Shown here one piece after another: positions 36,701 to 48,898 of a DNA stretch of 64,000 nucleotides. Below the pieces are notes generated by a model, which saw only the letters and a program-made list of their open reading frames with translations, had not been told where the DNA came from and searched no databases. Source of the stretch: Spizellomyces punctatus DAOM BR117 (taxonomy: Eukaryota). A program made the translations under genes and the position numbers. Location: NCBI GenBank assembly GCA_000182565.2, contig KQ257457.1; one strand, 5' to 3'. How positions within the stretch are numbered: the stretch's first letter is position 1; every line of letters begins with the position of its first letter.

Positions 36701-38837
36701 TCTTGAGCGCTGACATCAAGTCTCCGCAACCGAGAAGACCTGCGACCAGCCCAGCCGTTGTCGGATATTTAATCAATCTTCGTGCTCCAAAAGATTCCTT
36801 CGCACGGAGGGAGACTTCATGGGCAGCTAGCCAGCAACGAGCTGCATCCGTGAAGCGCATATCCCGACAGAGGCCATCCACAGCAACGTCTATCGCTTTG
36901 AATGCGTCTGTTACTTCGTCCCGACATATCGCAGCGACAAGATCAACAACTTCATCAAATTGTTTACCGGCAAGCGCAACTTCCACTCTCAGGCGCAACG
37001 TGATAGCTGTTGGGCTTAAGCCGGCCGAGTCCATGATATGAAGTGTATCAATAGCTTCCGAGACGAGCCCAGCCCGCATATAGCCTTGTATCAGCGCATT
37101 GTAGCATGCCACATCCGGTTTAATGCCACTGCTACGCATTCTATCCCACACCTCCTGTAATCCATGAATATCGGCCATTCGTGCGTAAGCGCCGAGAATG
37201 GGACTATACGTAGCGGCAACCGGGGCTAAAGCAAGCGTCGGAAGGGAATTGAACAGGCGGAGTGCTTGAGGAAATGTGGTGGGTGACTTTGCAAGGGCCG
37301 ATATACGCCGGTTGGCGATCAATATATCCGTCAACATTGTGGGGGCAGGACTCAGGGTCGTCACAACCACAGGGTCCTGCACGCTCTCTTTCAGTTTCTT
37401 CGGGGAAATATCATATGTATCCTGTGATTTTCCAGTTGGAATAAGTTCACCCACAAGGCCTCCACATGGTTGGCTCTCAAGAAGAGCTGGCCCGCTTGTT
37501 GCGCTTTCCCGGTTGCGGGTCATCTCCCGCCAGACGTGCTCCAGTGTGGAATCAACCATGCAATCATGCTCAATCATAAGCTGATGCATGGCGGGTACCG
37601 CAGTAAGAGCATCGCGATTCAGAAGCTCTGTTATGGCAACGCGATAGAAACTACCGGGGTCATCTTCAACGATTTTACGTTCTTGTGAGAGCTTTAACCA
37701 TTTTTTTACTCTCCCTAGGTCCCTTTTCGAGCAAGCTAGTCGGATCATAGCTAGAAGCACCTTTGCTGTTGGTTGTCCACCATTGTGCAGAAGCTCATTG
37801 TACCATCTCTCCGCTAGTTCATTCTGACCTTGCTTGGCAGAAGCCTCGACAAATCGCTCATAAATCCAGAGAGGAGGTTTATGACCGGCATTTACCATCG
37901 CATGGTAGTGAGTTTCTGCTCGCTCCACATCCTCATTCCGCAAAAAACCTGCTATAATAGTCCGGTACGTGGTTTCATCAGGTGTGATCCCCTCCTCAGT
38001 CATTCTGCCAAGCATGCGCATCGATGCGTCTGTTTGCCCCGCCCGTATAAAGCATTTTACCAGTATGTTATAGGTCAAGGCATCCGGAACTATTCCATCT
38101 TCTTCCATCCTCTGCATTACCAGAGAGATCTCTTCAGTGGCACCGGATTCCAAGTTTGCGGCCAAACCAGCCAGAATAGTGTTGTACGTGACTTTGTCGG
38201 GATGAATACCTATTTCACGCATTCTCGCAATTCCGTTTCTCAATCCTTCAATGTTCCCCTTTCGAGCAAAATCAGAAAGCAGGAGATTATACGTGACAAC
38301 GTTCGGTTGAATTCCCCGCAATTCCATTTCACCCAAAACTGAACGAACGGCCTCCTGGTGACTCAGCTCTACGTATGCTAGAATAAGATGATTATAGTCC
38401 TGCTGATCCATCGGTAAGGACAGTCGTCGCATGTCGGCTGTCAAACGAAGGGTGACCAGCGCAACACGGCGTCGAGATTCCGTTCTCCGCACACATGCGA
38501 GCAGTCTGCGAATCAGGTAAGGAGTAACTCTCGTAGAGCCCACGGGGCTTTCAATAATTCTCCTATAACTGGCCAAAGCCCCCCTAGTGTCGCCGTTTTG
38601 GATCTCATGGTTAAGTTTGCGAAGAAAGCGACGGGTGCCGGCTGCGTCCTGTAACGCAGGTGCTACCGGAGGGCTTGACGTAATGGAAGCAAGAGACGCT
38701 CTAGGCCTAGACGGAAGTCTTAATATGGATGCACGATAGCGCAATATGCAGGGTTTGAATAGACGGATGCAAAAAGTCATGAAGAACGGGCATCTTTGAA
38801 GAGATCTACAGCGACGAGCCACGGTTGAAGGAAGCAT
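33798..38837 (-). CDS. Large pentatricopeptide-repeat (PPR) protein, 1679 aa, intronless, probably mitochondrial
   Basis: Repeated 35-aa motifs (PNVVTYNLLL, PDKVTYNTIL, PDALTYNILV, PDVACYNALI, PDLVTYTALL) in three clusters; Arg-rich N-terminus. Confidence 0.92.
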   Translation of the reverse strand: MLPSTVARRCRSLQRCPFFMTFCIRLFKPCILRYRASILRLPSRPRASLASITSSPPVAPALQDAAGTRRFLRKLNHEIQNGDTRGALASYRRIIESPVGSTRVTPYLIRRLLACVRRTESRRRVALVTLRLTADMRRLSLPMDQQDYNHLILAYVELSHQEAVRSVLGEMELRGIQPNVVTYNLLLSDFARKGNIEGLRNGIARMREIGIHPDKVTYNTILAGLAANLESGATEEISLVMQRMEEDGIVPDALTYNILVKCFIRAGQTDASMRMLGRMTEEGITPDETTYRTIIAGFLRNEDVERAETHYHAMVNAGHKPPLWIYERFVEASAKQGQNELAERWYNELLHNGGQPTAKVLLAMIRLACSKRDLGRVKKWLKLSQERKIVEDDPGSFYRVAITELLNRDALTAVPAMHQLMIEHDCMVDSTLEHVWREMTRNRESATSGPALLESQPCGGLVGELIPTGKSQDTYDISPKKLKESVQDPVVVTTLSPAPTMLTDILIANRRISALAKSPTTFPQALRLFNSLPTLALAPVAATYSPILGAYARMADIHGLQEVWDRMRSSGIKPDVACYNALIQGYMRAGLVSEAIDTLHIMDSAGLSPTAITLRLRVEVALAGKQFDEVVDLVAAICRDEVTDAFKAIDVAVDGLCRDMRFTDAARCWLAAHEVSLRAKESFGARRLIKYPTTAGLVAGLLGCGDLMSALKIYRTSVLEGMSFQEDIVVQMAKGLNQISDKIADFEWVLDDAVSKRITPEHAAWRFVFNILREFDGTLGSKLVGKVIGQAPRLPTAEGAAKLLMYAYARRDAVSFSSWYDVLTAHGVVISLTVYQAIFGSHQMKWPLGFLNRCLDDVARFPGKTDETQRLLQKVFAIALECMTSAQDGAGVWKAYTHLKERDPCIPIAQRGRVISALCSAGMQMEAEQVLLDAGDKVDAGMYESLAILYARQGLPEKAESACFRIIELGRANCYTAMSRAIIEAIKFGHMETGFLLLDRTMKMGIELSESFYVDLMTELAKRGEFASVLDLVCRIVAAGVVPDVIVQNLVVKAYVEAGKPQDALSVLDQLGSVLEANTKPDTWAYNDLIAGLGKKGDVKGAKLALTSMAKAGLKPDLVTYTALLATCESIGDVEKLKQEMEKEGIDTDVVWRRTVARTYAKLGEPEKCEGVIRKGNQTMDTLDWNIILAGWKEVGEYWRCCQKYEEMEVEGKTTPDAVTFNTLLSSSLKSQQVPFPDREVDRWMASFSSHKLTPTAHTHNLLIEHAAMAGDAKLAQKRWKNMLAVGLKPTEATFINLIAAFGKADDEPALMQVLNETLRSSDLRPSMLFHHSVMKVFASSGKVDQARKWMDRMTVDGMDPDQVTWRHLVAAYITADDLSGAEKAMIEATLSVKKNRPSQSLKRPMSRASTAISPLMARLPNSPDTQLLHMLANAHCMKGNHLAAMSFLSRIAAPKVDDVTVGTAMKICLKAEWVEEAGILWDWATKGTEWVGPKVGFLTRRPRTRSADELVNEATVCCFIDLAGNVAGKGKWSGDRALGVVNVRNVWKEVLSMRDTQGERNAVEGEASTLESTPVENSSEKSALQPWRWKHWPTENMCNSYIEALMRCGDLFGSVKVFTLMDRQGYPARPTPKTIRTIMEKLMKANAPHLVSKVQTTVKTRWPDLEPVVNELLERGKR

Positions 38838-39023
38838 CCTTCGGTTCCATCCAAGTCAGAATCTAATATTAGTCATCGTCGGAGTTTTCGCTGTTAACCC
38901 TTGGTAACAGCTCCAGGCTTTCAGGATCTCCGGTCCTTCCCTGCGCCCTCAATCCTTTGTTGGGCAATTTCAAACATTTCACCTTGGTCTGGTACATATT
39001 TCATTGCCTTGGAAGGTACCAAG

Positions 39024-42000
39024 ATGATCGTCAAGGCACGGTACCATCACTTTATATCTTGTCCATCGTCAAGTATAAGGCTAACCATCTTGTCGTTTTC
39101 ATACAGGATAGAACTCTCTATGTCAAGCTTTTAGAAGCAAAGCACCTCTATCCTGAGAAATCTCGTAAGTCCCTTGCATGATTGCAGTTTCACAATGAAA
39201 ATAAGTCGGCAACGCCTAATATAGCTTGAACTAGGTCACACGGGCACATACTGCACTGTCGTTGTTGAGGGAGGAGAAGACCGCCGGACACCTACTGTCT
39301 ATCATGATCCCAGTCCATTCTTTGGAGAAGAGCTTACATTTGGAGATCAGCTCCCAGCGGAGATATGGAGAATCACACTCGGGGTCTGGCAGGACACTGG
39401 TCATCAACCTGGTGGTTCAGGAGCCAAGACAACAGATAAATTGTTGGGAAAGGTTATCTTTCCGCGGGAGCTTCTTGAGGATGGGCGATTTGAAGAAGAG
39501 CAGGTTAGATGGGATCTCAATGCTTTCTCATATCAAACGTGGTCTGAGCGCGAATGTAGTGGTATCGTCTTATGCCGCCTGATCTAGATAATACGATCTA
39601 CGGAGAAGTCCTCATAGGAGTCCGATATGTTGCTGACGATGCTGATCGAAAGTCGAATCGGTTAATCGTCACTGTGCATGAAGCTAGGAATCTCAGCCCT
39701 GGACCTGGAGGTAACTGCCCGCTATCGTGGTGTCAAGTGCCGCCATCCGGGATTGTATATGTACCGATTGTTTTCTCTCGAATAGGAACCCGAGATAGTC
39801 ATGTTATATGTCATCTTCTTCCGGATCCTGAAGCACAGACTACTGAAAAAACGCAATGCATCAAAGATTCCCTTAACCCCGTTTTCCACGAGGATCTCAC
39901 CTTGTATGTATAGCTTCACCGGTGGGACCCCTCACAACTTCACAGATATAACCGCTAAGCTCTGTTTTGTTAGTCAAATGAAAAGTCTCCATCCCAACCA
40001 GGAGCTCCATGTATCCTTATGGGATACGAGATCCGTCGACTCCTTCCTGGGGCATCTGTCGATTCCGCTGGGTGATCTGGATGTAGGGGACCACATAGAG
40101 GCGCGATGGAGAGGCCTCCTGCCACGACCAGGTATGTGTTCCGTATAACCGGGAGAAAGGTGCTAGTCAAGGCTAATATCGGCGTCCGGACTAATCCTTA
40201 AGCCTACTATGCGAAGCACAATCCACAAAAAGAAAAAAGTACGCAACACAATGACGAAAAACTCTAGAAAGTACCTACTTGACATTTGAATTCCGTTTTC
40301 CATTGTAGGGAGATCAGAGTCCGAAATTGCCCTCAGCAGAGCAAAACACTTTTTGCAAAGCATGCAGTCAACTATCAAAGGTCTGAGGAATTCACTAAAG
40401 CCGCTCCTGCAGGTTGTCAATCTGATTTTAATTCGTACTGCAGAGTTCACCCGGCTCAAACGACCACACAAGCTCATTGAGACGAAATTTGGCTCAACCA
40501 TCTCATTTTGTGGCCATTGTGGACTGGCTTTAATGTCACGTCGAACCCATTATCAGTGTTCCAACTGGTACGTGACAAAACTTCTATCCCAAAAGTATTG
40601 GATGCCGTTATCTCACGGTATCGTACAGCAAGTTCAGCTGCCATGGCCGGTGCTCCAGATTCACGGCTAACGATTGCGGGGAGGTCGGTGAGTTCAGGAA
40701 CGTAATTATTGTGCTCACTTCCTGCATTTACTCATGCTTTCACTACTTTAGGCGCTGTGCGACTGAAAATCAAGTATTCTGTAAGTTCTATCTAGTCCGT
40801 TTGGTCTAATTGAGCTAACTATAGCTGATTGTTGGCACCAGGTCAGCACCATATTGCCGCTGGAGAAATACCGGCCATTCTTGGATCTTTTAGCAGAGGA
40901 TCGATACCGGGTGGCCCACCTTTTCGGAAAAGTCAGTAAGGACAGGGAGGAAGCTGCGTGGCCTTTCATCAAGTTGATGGAGGCGGATCTGGCAACAAAG
41001 CCCTTTCTTTTTGCCATAATATCGGCTGAAATTGAAGACACTAGTACGTTATTGGGCAGATGAATGGCCCCACTGTCACAACTTTTACTAACCATCTGCA
41101 ACTCTGCTTGAAGATGATCCGAATACTTTGTTCCGCGGCAACAGCATGGCTTCGAAGGTAAGCAAAGAAAGCTGACGCGAAGGAGTGGCAGCGGGACAGC
41201 ACTTTCTATGGCTTGAAGCAGGCTCCAAGCCTTCCTGAAGTACATTGAATTAATTTCGCTTCCTTCTGATAGGCCGTGGACGTATATATGCGATATATCG
41301 GAAGAGCATATTTGAAGAATACTTTAGGAGATATCATAAAGAGCATCGTCAGCAAGAAGTTACATTGCGAGGTAGTTTCTGATCAGGATGTATTACAGCA
41401 AGATATGCGTCATTTATTAATTTTTTTCCTACGTAGCTCGACCCAATGAAGGCTGATAAGGCCGATGATTTGGAACGTAGTCGAAAGACGTTGATGGAAT
41501 GGAATCAAAAGATCTTGAACGCGATTTACGATACTCGATTCGCACTCCCGGCGTGAGTACTCTGTCTCATGTTACCTGCTCGTAGCGAGCGCATAAATGA
41601 TATTTGTACGGATCTGCCCATTTTTCGTCGTATGGAGTCCATTGCGGCCAATATTTGCGCACGTTCAGCAGCAAGTGAGATGGAAGTTTCCCAATGACCC
41701 AATCGTGCGCTACACTTCGGTCAGCGGTTTCATATTTCTTCGGTTCTTTGCTCCGGCAATTCTCGGTCCACGACTCTTCGAGCTGATCGATGGTGTGATA
41801 CGTTCGCTTACCACTATTCCGCGACTGAGTGAGATATCTTACTATTATCCAAACTCTGCACAGAATACATCGACCCTAGGACGAGCAGAACTCTGACTCT
41901 TCTGGCTAAGACTTTGCAGAACTTGGCCAATCTAGTGCCATTCGGTGACAAAGAGCCGTATATGAAGGTACGAAAAAATCGGGATCCTGAGGCAGTCCTC

Positions 42001-44356
42001 AGAAGTTTTGTCATTTGGCTGGTGATTAATCACCGTTCCAGGATATGAATATTTTCATCGAGGAGAACATCGACAAGATGAAACGATACATTGATGGAAT
42101 TGCGGTAAGCGCTGGTCTCTTTTGAGCTATGTTATGTTATTCAATTTAACATAATCCGGATATAGGCAAAAGAATCAGTGCAACCTAATACACTATCATT
42201 TCATCACGTTCGTTACGAGACTGCCCGTGAAGCTGGTAATGTTTTTCGTTGTTTGACTGGACAATGTGCTGTACTACCGGAATTTTCAGCGCTAATGTGA
42301 GAGTTTTCCATAGCACGTCTGTTCAACTTGTATGTAAGAGCAGCCCCCGCTATCCTCCAAGATATGAGGGTGAGTTATTCCACCTTCCCCTGCGATATCG
42401 ACGCCTGTAACATTATCAATGTGCAAACGAATTTTACAGGAGAAGGATGCTTCTGTAGTTCGTAAGCTAGCAAAGGTTTTGACAATGCTGACAATTGAAA
42501 CAACTGCGAGAGACGGAATCGATCGAAATCCTTTCTCCTTCCCAACGTAAGCAGCCTGAGAATTAGTTTTGTGACTGGAAAGAGTTAATCGAGAAGCCAT
42601 TTTATACAAAGATTGAAAAGGTCATATGCCAAGCTTCTGAATATGCGGATAGATATGGAAGACAGCAAGGGGGTGCAGCGAGCGACTGAAATGCCCTTTC
42701 AAAGCTTCGACGCTTCTAAATGGACACTGCATCATCTTACATCCGAACCCAGTACACCCACGCTCACTCAAATCATAGGAAGCGTCGAGGATGAACAGCA
42801 CTATTCGAGTACTGAAACGCTTGCGCCCCACAAGAAAGGCCAGCGGGCGGCGGTGGACATGAGACCACCTGGGACGGCATTACCAGCATTACCAAGGAAT
42901 CGGGGCAGTACAGAAAAGTTAAGGTTGGGCGACGAAGAAAATGCGCGACAGAGACCCCCAGCTTTGGAACTTCATTCCGCTAACGCTCCCAGTACCACAC
43001 GACCACCGCCCCGATCGACACCAACCACAATCACTCCTTCAAGCGCAACGTTTGCTTCTCACTTGGAGGATTTAGATCTCACATTGGAACGATTAACCCC
43101 GTTGGTGACGAATGCAAGTGAAAGCTGCGAACCTGAGACAACCGACGCGGGAGCCTTGGCGGTGCCTGTCACACCGTCATCAAATGCTCAGGCACCGATA
43201 CCGGAAGCTATAGATCCTAATGCATCCAGAAAATCCAGTTTGGCCACTACTATTGAGACTACCCTGTCGAGTGCCTATTCCTCTGCCCATTCCTCCGTTG
43301 CTCGTCGTAACCCTCGATCCCGTTCCTCTGTCCCCACTCTGACAGGCATAACGGCGCCTGGGCAACCAAAAATTGACAGCTTGGCTATTATGGCACTGCT
43401 GTCAAACGCTCGAGATGTTGCCATCCAGCAATCTGAGCAGACCCTTGCAACACAGGGTGAGTGTGTTGCATGCAAGAAAAACGTGATCGGTAACGACTAT
43501 AAGCGCGTGAATGGGCAACTTTGGCATACGGAGCACTTTACCTGTGCAAAATGCGGTGTGCTGATAGCTAACGAGAAGGACGCTAAAATGTTCAAAGGTG
43601 CCCCTTATTGTCCGGCGCATGAGGTAGGTGTTGGGTACCCTCTTGATCACTGAGAGTTACCTTTCTGACTTTTATCATTGACCCTGATTGCAGATTAAAC
43701 CATGTGCAACATGTGGAGAGGGAATAGCGGATCTTACAACTCCAATGGTTTCCGTTCTTGGCAAAACTTATCATCCTGATTGTTTCGTTTGCGCTGCGTG
43801 TGGTTGTCCAGTCAAGGAAGGGTTTGTTGCATTTGCAGGACATCCATTCTGTCGAGAGGATTACTACCGACAAGCTGACCTCATGTGCGGTGTCTGCGGG
43901 GATACGATACCCAATGGTATGTAGTGTCCGTAGTATATTGTACAGTTAATTAGCCTCTTATTGAAGACGTCCATCTAGCATACGTTGAGATTGCAGGTCG
44001 CAAATACCATGTTGACTGCAAGCGATGTGATGTAGGTCGATTGTATTGGTTTTCTGACAATTTCTCCAGCTAATGCGGATCTATCCTAGCGGTGTGAGCT
44101 ACCGCTCGCCAACAAGCCGTACTTTATCCTGGAAGATAACGTCTATTGCAACAGTCACATGCATGAAATGCTGAAATGCAAAGGATGCGGGGAGATTGCG
44201 ACAGGGAATACAGGGCAGATAGTTCGTCTATCATCAAACCAGACTTATCACCCTGGCTGTTTCCGCTGTACAGATTGTGGACGGGCATTAGGATCTGGGT
44301 TTTATGAGTTCCGGGGGAACCCAAAATGTTATGTGTGCTATTTAGGATCATTTTAG
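39024..44356 (+). CDS. Ras GTPase-activating protein with C2-C2-C1-RasGAP-4xLIM architecture, multi-exon (start approximate)
   Basis: C2 ([28 protein letters not shown]); C1 ([29 protein letters not shown]); GAP ([34 protein letters not shown]); four CxxC..HxxC/H LIM units. Confidence 0.88.
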
Positions 44357-44495
44357 TGCAATTAGAATATTATTATTGTATCATTGTAAACCTGGTCCTC
44401 AAGATCTGATAGTGTATTGGCATTTGGTTCTTTAACGTTTACTTGGGCTTATGAAAATACACCAGATAAATATCATCAACCCCTTGATTCACGTC

Positions 44496-44568
44496 GGGCC
44501 TATGGCCCAATGGATAAGGCGCCTGACTACGGATCAGGAGATTCCAGGTTCGAATCCTGGTAGGCTCG
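44496..44568 (+). tRNA. tRNA-Arg(ACG), intronless
   Basis: Cloverleaf: GGGCCTA/TAGGCTC, CCTGA-CTACGGA-TCAGG, CCAGG-TTCGAAT-CCTGG; T-run terminator at ~44590. Confidence 0.97.
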
Positions 44569-45029
44569 TTCTGTGGACAGACTGAATCCTTTTTTTCAGC
44601 AGAACAAACGATCACTAGAAACACAGTGGGCATCCGTTATAGTAGAATACAGCGTTTAAGAGGTTGTAGGATGAAATGCCTTATATTGTCCCAAAGCAAA
44701 GGATACACTCTGGATGGTTAGTTTTACAGCTTGCTGGCCTGCAATTGTCGTTGTTCAACAGCAGGCGATTGAAAAATAGCGAAAGGACATGGTCTGTGAT
44801 AAAACTAACCTTGAATTGATTTTCAAAGTACCGCAGCCGACTACCTTCACTAACAAGATTCCGATAGATCCACAAACATTTACTACCATGCTGTGACGGG
44901 GATTATCTTTTGGTGGGTATTTCATTCGGATGCTGTTCTAGCACGGACGCAAAGTACAATAGCGGAAAAGTATTTGAGAGTAGATATCTATATAGATAAC
45001 AACATGGTAATAGAGTCGAATAAATACTA

Positions 45030-45506
45030 CTAGAATGGCCAGAGCGACCCAACCCATGACTTTGGTCTCTTGACTGGGCGCCCTTCAACGAGTTGGTCCT
45101 CCGCTGACAGATTTGCTTTCGGCTTTTGATGGTTCTCTTCCCATTCTTCGTCGTCTTGTCTCAATCTCTTTTGCCCGACGCTGGAAGCTTGTTTCTCCTG
45201 CTGGACAGATGCCGCCTGCCCTTCCAGCTTCAACACCCGTTCCTCCAGTTCTGCAATGCGTTTACTGGCACGCTCATTGACCTGTTCAATCATCTCGTTC
45301 AAGTCTTCAACTGCCATAATGACTGTTTTCACGTCCTCGCGTACGGCGGCAATGTCCTTGCTGTTGTTATTGACATTATTGTTGCTGTCTAGTTCAAGCA
45401 CTTTGTCTGTCATCGTCGGGGTTACTGGGCTCATTGGTAGGTCAGTAGACGATAGCGTGGGAGTTGCTCGAACTTTGAGGTCCTGCACGCGTCTTCTTTC
45501 GGGCAT
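45030..45506 (-). CDS. Hypothetical coiled-coil protein, 158 aa
   Basis: Single ORF with heptad pattern and basic clusters KRLR and PVKRPK. Confidence 0.65.
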   Translation of the reverse strand: MPERRRVQDLKVRATPTLSSTDLPMSPVTPTMTDKVLELDSNNNVNNNSKDIAAVREDVKTVIMAVEDLNEMIEQVNERASKRIAELEERVLKLEGQAASVQQEKQASSVGQKRLRQDDEEWEENHQKPKANLSAEDQLVEGRPVKRPKSWVGSLWPF

Positions 45507-45835
45507 TTTTCGATATGAAAAAAAAACGGATGATGGAAATGTTCGAATATGTTGGAAGATCCACTTGTTCTATTGCCCTTTTAAATGATAGCTTGGGATC
45601 GGTTAAAACTGCTTCTAGAATTGCATATAGACGATGAAGCTTCTAGATGTGCTTAATCCCCGCCCTGTGATGCAAAGAACCCTGAGGATAGCGTGCATTG
45701 CCACGGGTATGGGCGGCATATTAACATGTTATTTTCGATGCCCAAGACAGATGACTGATACTGCCGTTTTATGGCTGGCTTCACTCATAACTGACAAACT
45801 GAACTGCACCATTACTCATTTTTGCCTTTTCATCT

Positions 45836-46657
45836 ATGCAACGCAATCCCTACAGGTCTGCTGCTAGCAGCTCTAGCATTGACGAGTTGGAAGAGTACGA
45901 AGAGACCAGCTTATATCCAGTCGACAAGACGCCGGCCGAAGCACCACTAATAAAAGTTACAACAAATCCCGAACGGGTCCGCAAGAGTAAAGAAAGCGAA
46001 AGCACAAGTTCTGCGTCCCCGCAAACAGCCAAGGCTCCGGCCGTTACCTCTGCCAATCACTTGGAAGAGGTCCAAGAGGCGATCAGCAAAACGCAGGCAA
46101 TGTTAAAAAGTGAGACGGCCGCTATTCTCGCACAGGTGCTCAGGCTTCAAGCGCAACAGGCCATCTCCACATGCAAAAATCAGGAACCAACCATTGAGGA
46201 TGAGAGGACAAGAGGCAAATCAAACGATAACCGTAGACTTGTCTCTACATCAAATATCGTTGACCAACCCAATGAGCCTTGGCTGGATGCCCGAACGGCA
46301 TTTGAGCAGCTACAGAATATCATTGGACAAGAGGCAACGACTGTTCAAACTCGGCTGGCCCAGATGCAAATATCGCACCTAGAAGCTAATGCTGCTAGAA
46401 ATGAGAGTGTTGTCAGGGAATTACAAAGAAGGGTAGACGCAACAAGGACTGAAGTAAAATGCTTAAAGCGTAAACTGGAAGGACTAAATGAAGAGGTTCA
46501 TGACACCAAGCGGAGAAAATTGGATCGAATACGAAAGACGACGAATGTTCTTCTACATATCCCCGTCTATGCAACCTTCTTTTATACGATGTACAGAGCG
46601 CTAGGAGGAGATATGGACGTAGATGCTATACGGGCGCATGTGTCATCATATCTTTAA
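45836..46657 (+). CDS. Hypothetical coiled-coil protein with NLS-like motif and C-terminal hydrophobic segment, 273 aa
   Basis: Single ORF; KRKLE..KRRKL followed by VLLHIPVYATFFYTMY. Confidence 0.7.
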   Translation: MQRNPYRSAASSSSIDELEEYEETSLYPVDKTPAEAPLIKVTTNPERVRKSKESESTSSASPQTAKAPAVTSANHLEEVQEAISKTQAMLKSETAAILAQVLRLQAQQAISTCKNQEPTIEDERTRGKSNDNRRLVSTSNIVDQPNEPWLDARTAFEQLQNIIGQEATTVQTRLAQMQISHLEANAARNESVVRELQRRVDATRTEVKCLKRKLEGLNEEVHDTKRRKLDRIRKTTNVLLHIPVYATFFYTMYRALGGDMDVDAIRAHVSSYL

Positions 46658-46819
46658 CTGTTAATAGAAGGCAAAGTATGGGAACTATTCATATCACTTC
46701 ATATTCTGGCCACGCACGCTTTATGCAGATTATATTCTAGACATACACACATATTCATGTTGATACAGTTTATATTCTGGACAAACACACTATTCACTTT
46801 GATATACAATAGGTGCATA

Positions 46820-48898
46820 TTAATCGGCTGACGATGCCACACTATTGGAAATTGGAGACAGTTGTCCCTCTACCCCTACGGCCTGGACCTTGTAAAGGTA
46901 GCGTTCCCCGTTGGGCAATGTAGCATCGGTCCATAGTGTCCCTACTGTCACCAATCGGTTTATCGATTTACGATCTAAAACTCCCGTAGCGAGTGGTGCT
47001 GTTTCATTGAATTCTGTTCCGAAAGCCGTGCGGAAAATTCTGTACGAAGCAGCCCAAGCACTTCCTCGCCATATTAATCGACCACCATTCGCAGTAAACA
47101 AGACCGGTGCTTGGGGCGTTATATGAGGCATGCTCGATGGACAGCCCTGAATAGCCAATGCTCGGGAGCGAAGGGCTGGAATGACGCTCTGCTCCTCTGG
47201 TCCGAACTTATCTGTGGTGTCTGCGGGAAAGCCAGGGACATGATACGACACGATCTCGTAGGTATTGCTGGTGTCATTTTTTCCTTCTGAATGAACGTAA
47301 AAGCCGCCAAATGAAGTATGTCCCCTTTCAAAGTACAGAGGATCAGCACTATTATAGCAGTGCGGCGGAAGACGTTTCGATTACCTCAAGCTCCAAATGA
47401 GAGCGCCTGTAACATTCACGTTGCTGACAGTCTCATCCATTATTTCATTGTACGTCCCGGGATCGGTGAGACCAAATTCGCCCGAAATGAAAGCTTTGCC
47501 ATATGATGCTGCCAATGCAGCCTCCTTGCGCATGTTCTGGCGATCGTTGATCCCGTAATAATGGTTACCGAGGATGTCAATGTTTTGATCTTGAAGCGCT
47601 AGCCAGCGACTGGAGCCTCCAATCGTGCCATCAAGCACTAGCGTGTTGGGCGCAAGAGTTTTGATATGACCAGCAATGTCAGAGCGCCAATCTGCTGGTG
47701 GTGGTGGATTTGTCCAGCCCCCGAGTTCGTTCCCGAATTCCCATGCAAGAATGGTGGGATCATCACCGTACCTGCGATTCCCCAGAACTCCTTAGCTGTT
47801 TACATGGTAGCAAAATTCAATTATCACCACATACCGAATGCCAGTAACTGTATTGATACGACTGAGCACGTCCGTTATAAAATCCTTGAAGTCCTGCCTG
47901 AGCGTAGCGTTTGTGAAAAAGGCTTCCTTTGGCTGATTTCTAAGCTCCGCAAAAGCGCCGTAGCTGCCGTAGAACCATTTTTCACCGGTATTGTATTCAG
48001 TTATCTAAATGACACAAGTTCGCAGTCAGAACAATTCCGAGTGTATTTAATCAAGCGGCCAAATACTCACGTCATTGTTAATGAAAGGTATTATCAATCT
48101 TACGCCGTTTCTCCGGGCTGCCGCTATCGCATTGTCAACGCCAACAAAAGCTTCTTCGTTGTATGTACGCAGACTTATAATGTGATAGCCAACGGAAAAT
48201 GTGTATGTACGTGCGACGCGACCACCAAGGCCGGCAATGGACTGCATAAGATCATCTTGCTCAAAGGGATCCGGCACCTCCCGTCCCGAATTTGGCCTGT
48301 CTCCAGTCATGAGAAGGCTGGGTGTGTTGGCACTCACGAATCGGAACGGCTGGTCGCCATCGTACAGGTTATTGCCTCGTCGGGTGATGAAGTTGAATGT
48401 TGTTGAGGGTATACAAGTCGGCGTACTCGATGGGACACTAGATTGAAGTGTCGAAGTTGAAGCGATCGTTGCCGTGGCTGTAGGCTTAATATCGTCATCA
48501 TCGCAAGGCTCATCTTCTGGAGTTTTGGTAGCAGAATAAGGTAGAGTGCTAGTCGTCCGACTGGAATGGGAAGAGCTCGAATGTTCATACTCATGGCATT
48601 CCCCTGCAGGTCAGAGAATTGGGATGAGAACGCAAAGGAATATCGAGGAAGAGCCAAAACCGCTTACCCCAGGTTCTACGACAGTGCTTATTGGCCCACC
48701 AGTGGGACCACTTATTCCAATGACGGTGCCATAGCGAGCCTTTACCTAGGATTTACGAGCATGTGGTTAATTATACAGACGGAATGAGACAAGGAACGGA
48801 ACTTGGCACATACTCGGGAGAGGACTTGCATTGCTGCTTGAGTTGAAGAAAATAAGACATAGAGTCAACGTAATGAGGCAGAATACTCTGCGTGACAT
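46820..48898 (-). CDS. Secreted GH5 glycoside hydrolase (beta-mannanase-like), multi-exon
   Basis: Signal peptide; S/T linker; FRFVSANTP, VARTYTFSV, LIIPFINN, LAWEFGNEL (acid/base), HYY, ISGEFG (nucleophile), GALIWSLR; C-terminal beta domain WRGSAWAASY. Confidence 0.87.
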
